From assembly GCA_030704615.1 (NCBI GenBank), contig JAKLZA010000087.1, positions 1 through 9,000 on the forward strand: a stretch of 9,000 nt of DNA, written 5' to 3'. This stretch comes from Takakia lepidozioides. Its lineage: Eukaryota; Plantae; Bryophyta. Numbering within the stretch: position 1 is the stretch's first letter; every line of letters begins with the position of its first letter. Positions 8,085-9,000 of this stretch are shown here, in pieces. The translations under genes were made by a program, and so were the position numbers. The notes under the pieces were generated by a model. That model searched no databases. It worked only from the letters and a program-made list of their open reading frames with translations, and was not told the DNA's origin.

Positions 8085-9000
8085 TCAACAATCGGACTCT
8101 GGACAGGTATGGTGTCCTTGGAAGTCTGACTTCATTGATACTATTCGTGACATCAGATCTGTCATCTCTGCGAGTACATCATCCTCATCATCATAGAACA
8201 CGTCTACAAAGTTAGTTCCCGGAGTTCCCATCATAGTTTGGTCGAGTTTTCTACTGCACTCACTCTCCGTATGCCCGAGTAGCTTGCAAAAGTTGCATCT
8301 CACACCACACATTTCCGTGGAATGCCCGAACCGGTGACATTTGTCACACTTAGCTGGGGTTCTTCCTTCAGGACAATATGCAGCTATGTGACCTTCTTTG
8401 TGACAAACATTACAAAGGCGAACACGAGGTGGTGTTCTAGATCCCGAGCTTTCTCCTATGACTGGTCCCCTATCAAAGTACTTCTGTAGGGTAGTGTTCA
8501 GCTGATCAAGTCTTCTGTCCACAGGGTTGACAAACACAACTGACTCATCTGTATCATCTCCTTCCAATGGTTCTAGAGGTATTTCCCCTAACTTTCCCAG
8601 GCCCCTTTCAATCTCAATGGCTGTGTCAAGTGCTTCCTCTACATCAAGGAAGCGCCTGCCCAGCATTACTCTTGCTATTTCTGGTCTCAAACCTGCTGCA
8701 AATCTACGTCTGTTCCAAATCAGACGCCCCACTTCTTATAAATAACCGGTTCAACCTATCGAAGTATGTTTGAACCCTTTGTCTACTCTCCTGTTTAATG
8801 GTATCCATTCTTAGCCTAATTTCTGCCAAGTCAACGATACCAAACTTGGCTGAAATTGCTGCCCTGAAGTCCACCCAGTTGTTGGTCTAGGGTTTTGTTT
8901 ACGGTACCATTCATCAGCCTTGGCTCTCAGGTTGAGCCTTGCTACCTTGAAAGTCTTGTCCTCATTCAAATCCCTGACATCTGCCTCCATCTGAATTCTC
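8085..9000 (-). pseudogene. gag: Gag (retrotransposon capsid-like region plus three CCHC zinc knuckles), frameshifted, 5' end outside window
   Basis: Hand translation across frameshifts near 8881 and 8710 gives ARLNLRAKADEWY...NWVDFRAAISAKFG...IKQESRQRVQTYFDRL...RFAAGLRPEI. Knuckles CNVCHKEGHIAAYC, CDKCHRFGHSTEMC and CNFCKLLGHTESEC lie at 8256-8414. Confidence 0.9.

Larger units (their letters stand above)
625..9000 (-). mobile_element. Ty3/Gypsy LTR retrotransposon (non-chromovirus type); 5' part runs out of the window
   Basis: Minus-strand domain order gag-PR-RT-RH-INT is diagnostic of Ty3/Gypsy (integrase last). It is followed by a purine tract and a TG...CA-bounded non-coding segment. 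No chromodomain follows the GPY motif. Confidence 0.96.

Noticed and set aside
3093-8773. Remaining plus-strand ORFs overlapping gag-pol
   Set aside because: Antisense to clearly identified retrotransposon domains, with no independent motifs.

Overview
Eukaryotic transposable-element DNA, with no cellular genes. Positions 625-9000 hold most of one Ty3/Gypsy (Metaviridae-type) LTR retrotransposon on the minus strand. Its order is gag with three CCHC knuckles, protease (DTGA), RT (FVDD), RNase H, an extra RNase H-like domain plus linker, integrase (HHCC, DDE, GPY, no chromodomain), a short PPT, and a ~2.3 kb putative 3' LTR (625-2949, bounded by TGTAGTGTGAA/TTCACACTACA). The 5' LTR and PBS lie beyond 9000. 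Positions 1-624 are a ~85-90% identical copy of 4671-5303, best explained as a second family member into which this element inserted. Most notable: a second, tandem copy of the element's own Ty3-type RNase H (4985-5302) has lost catalytic aspartates yet differs between the two copies mostly by synonymous changes, so it looks like a conserved pseudo-RNase H module. A perfect 20-bp palindrome also sits on the PPT/LTR border. The pol frame is broken mainly by 1-bp indels, several in homopolymers, which may be sequencing error. A plant (possibly non-seed plant) host is an inference only.
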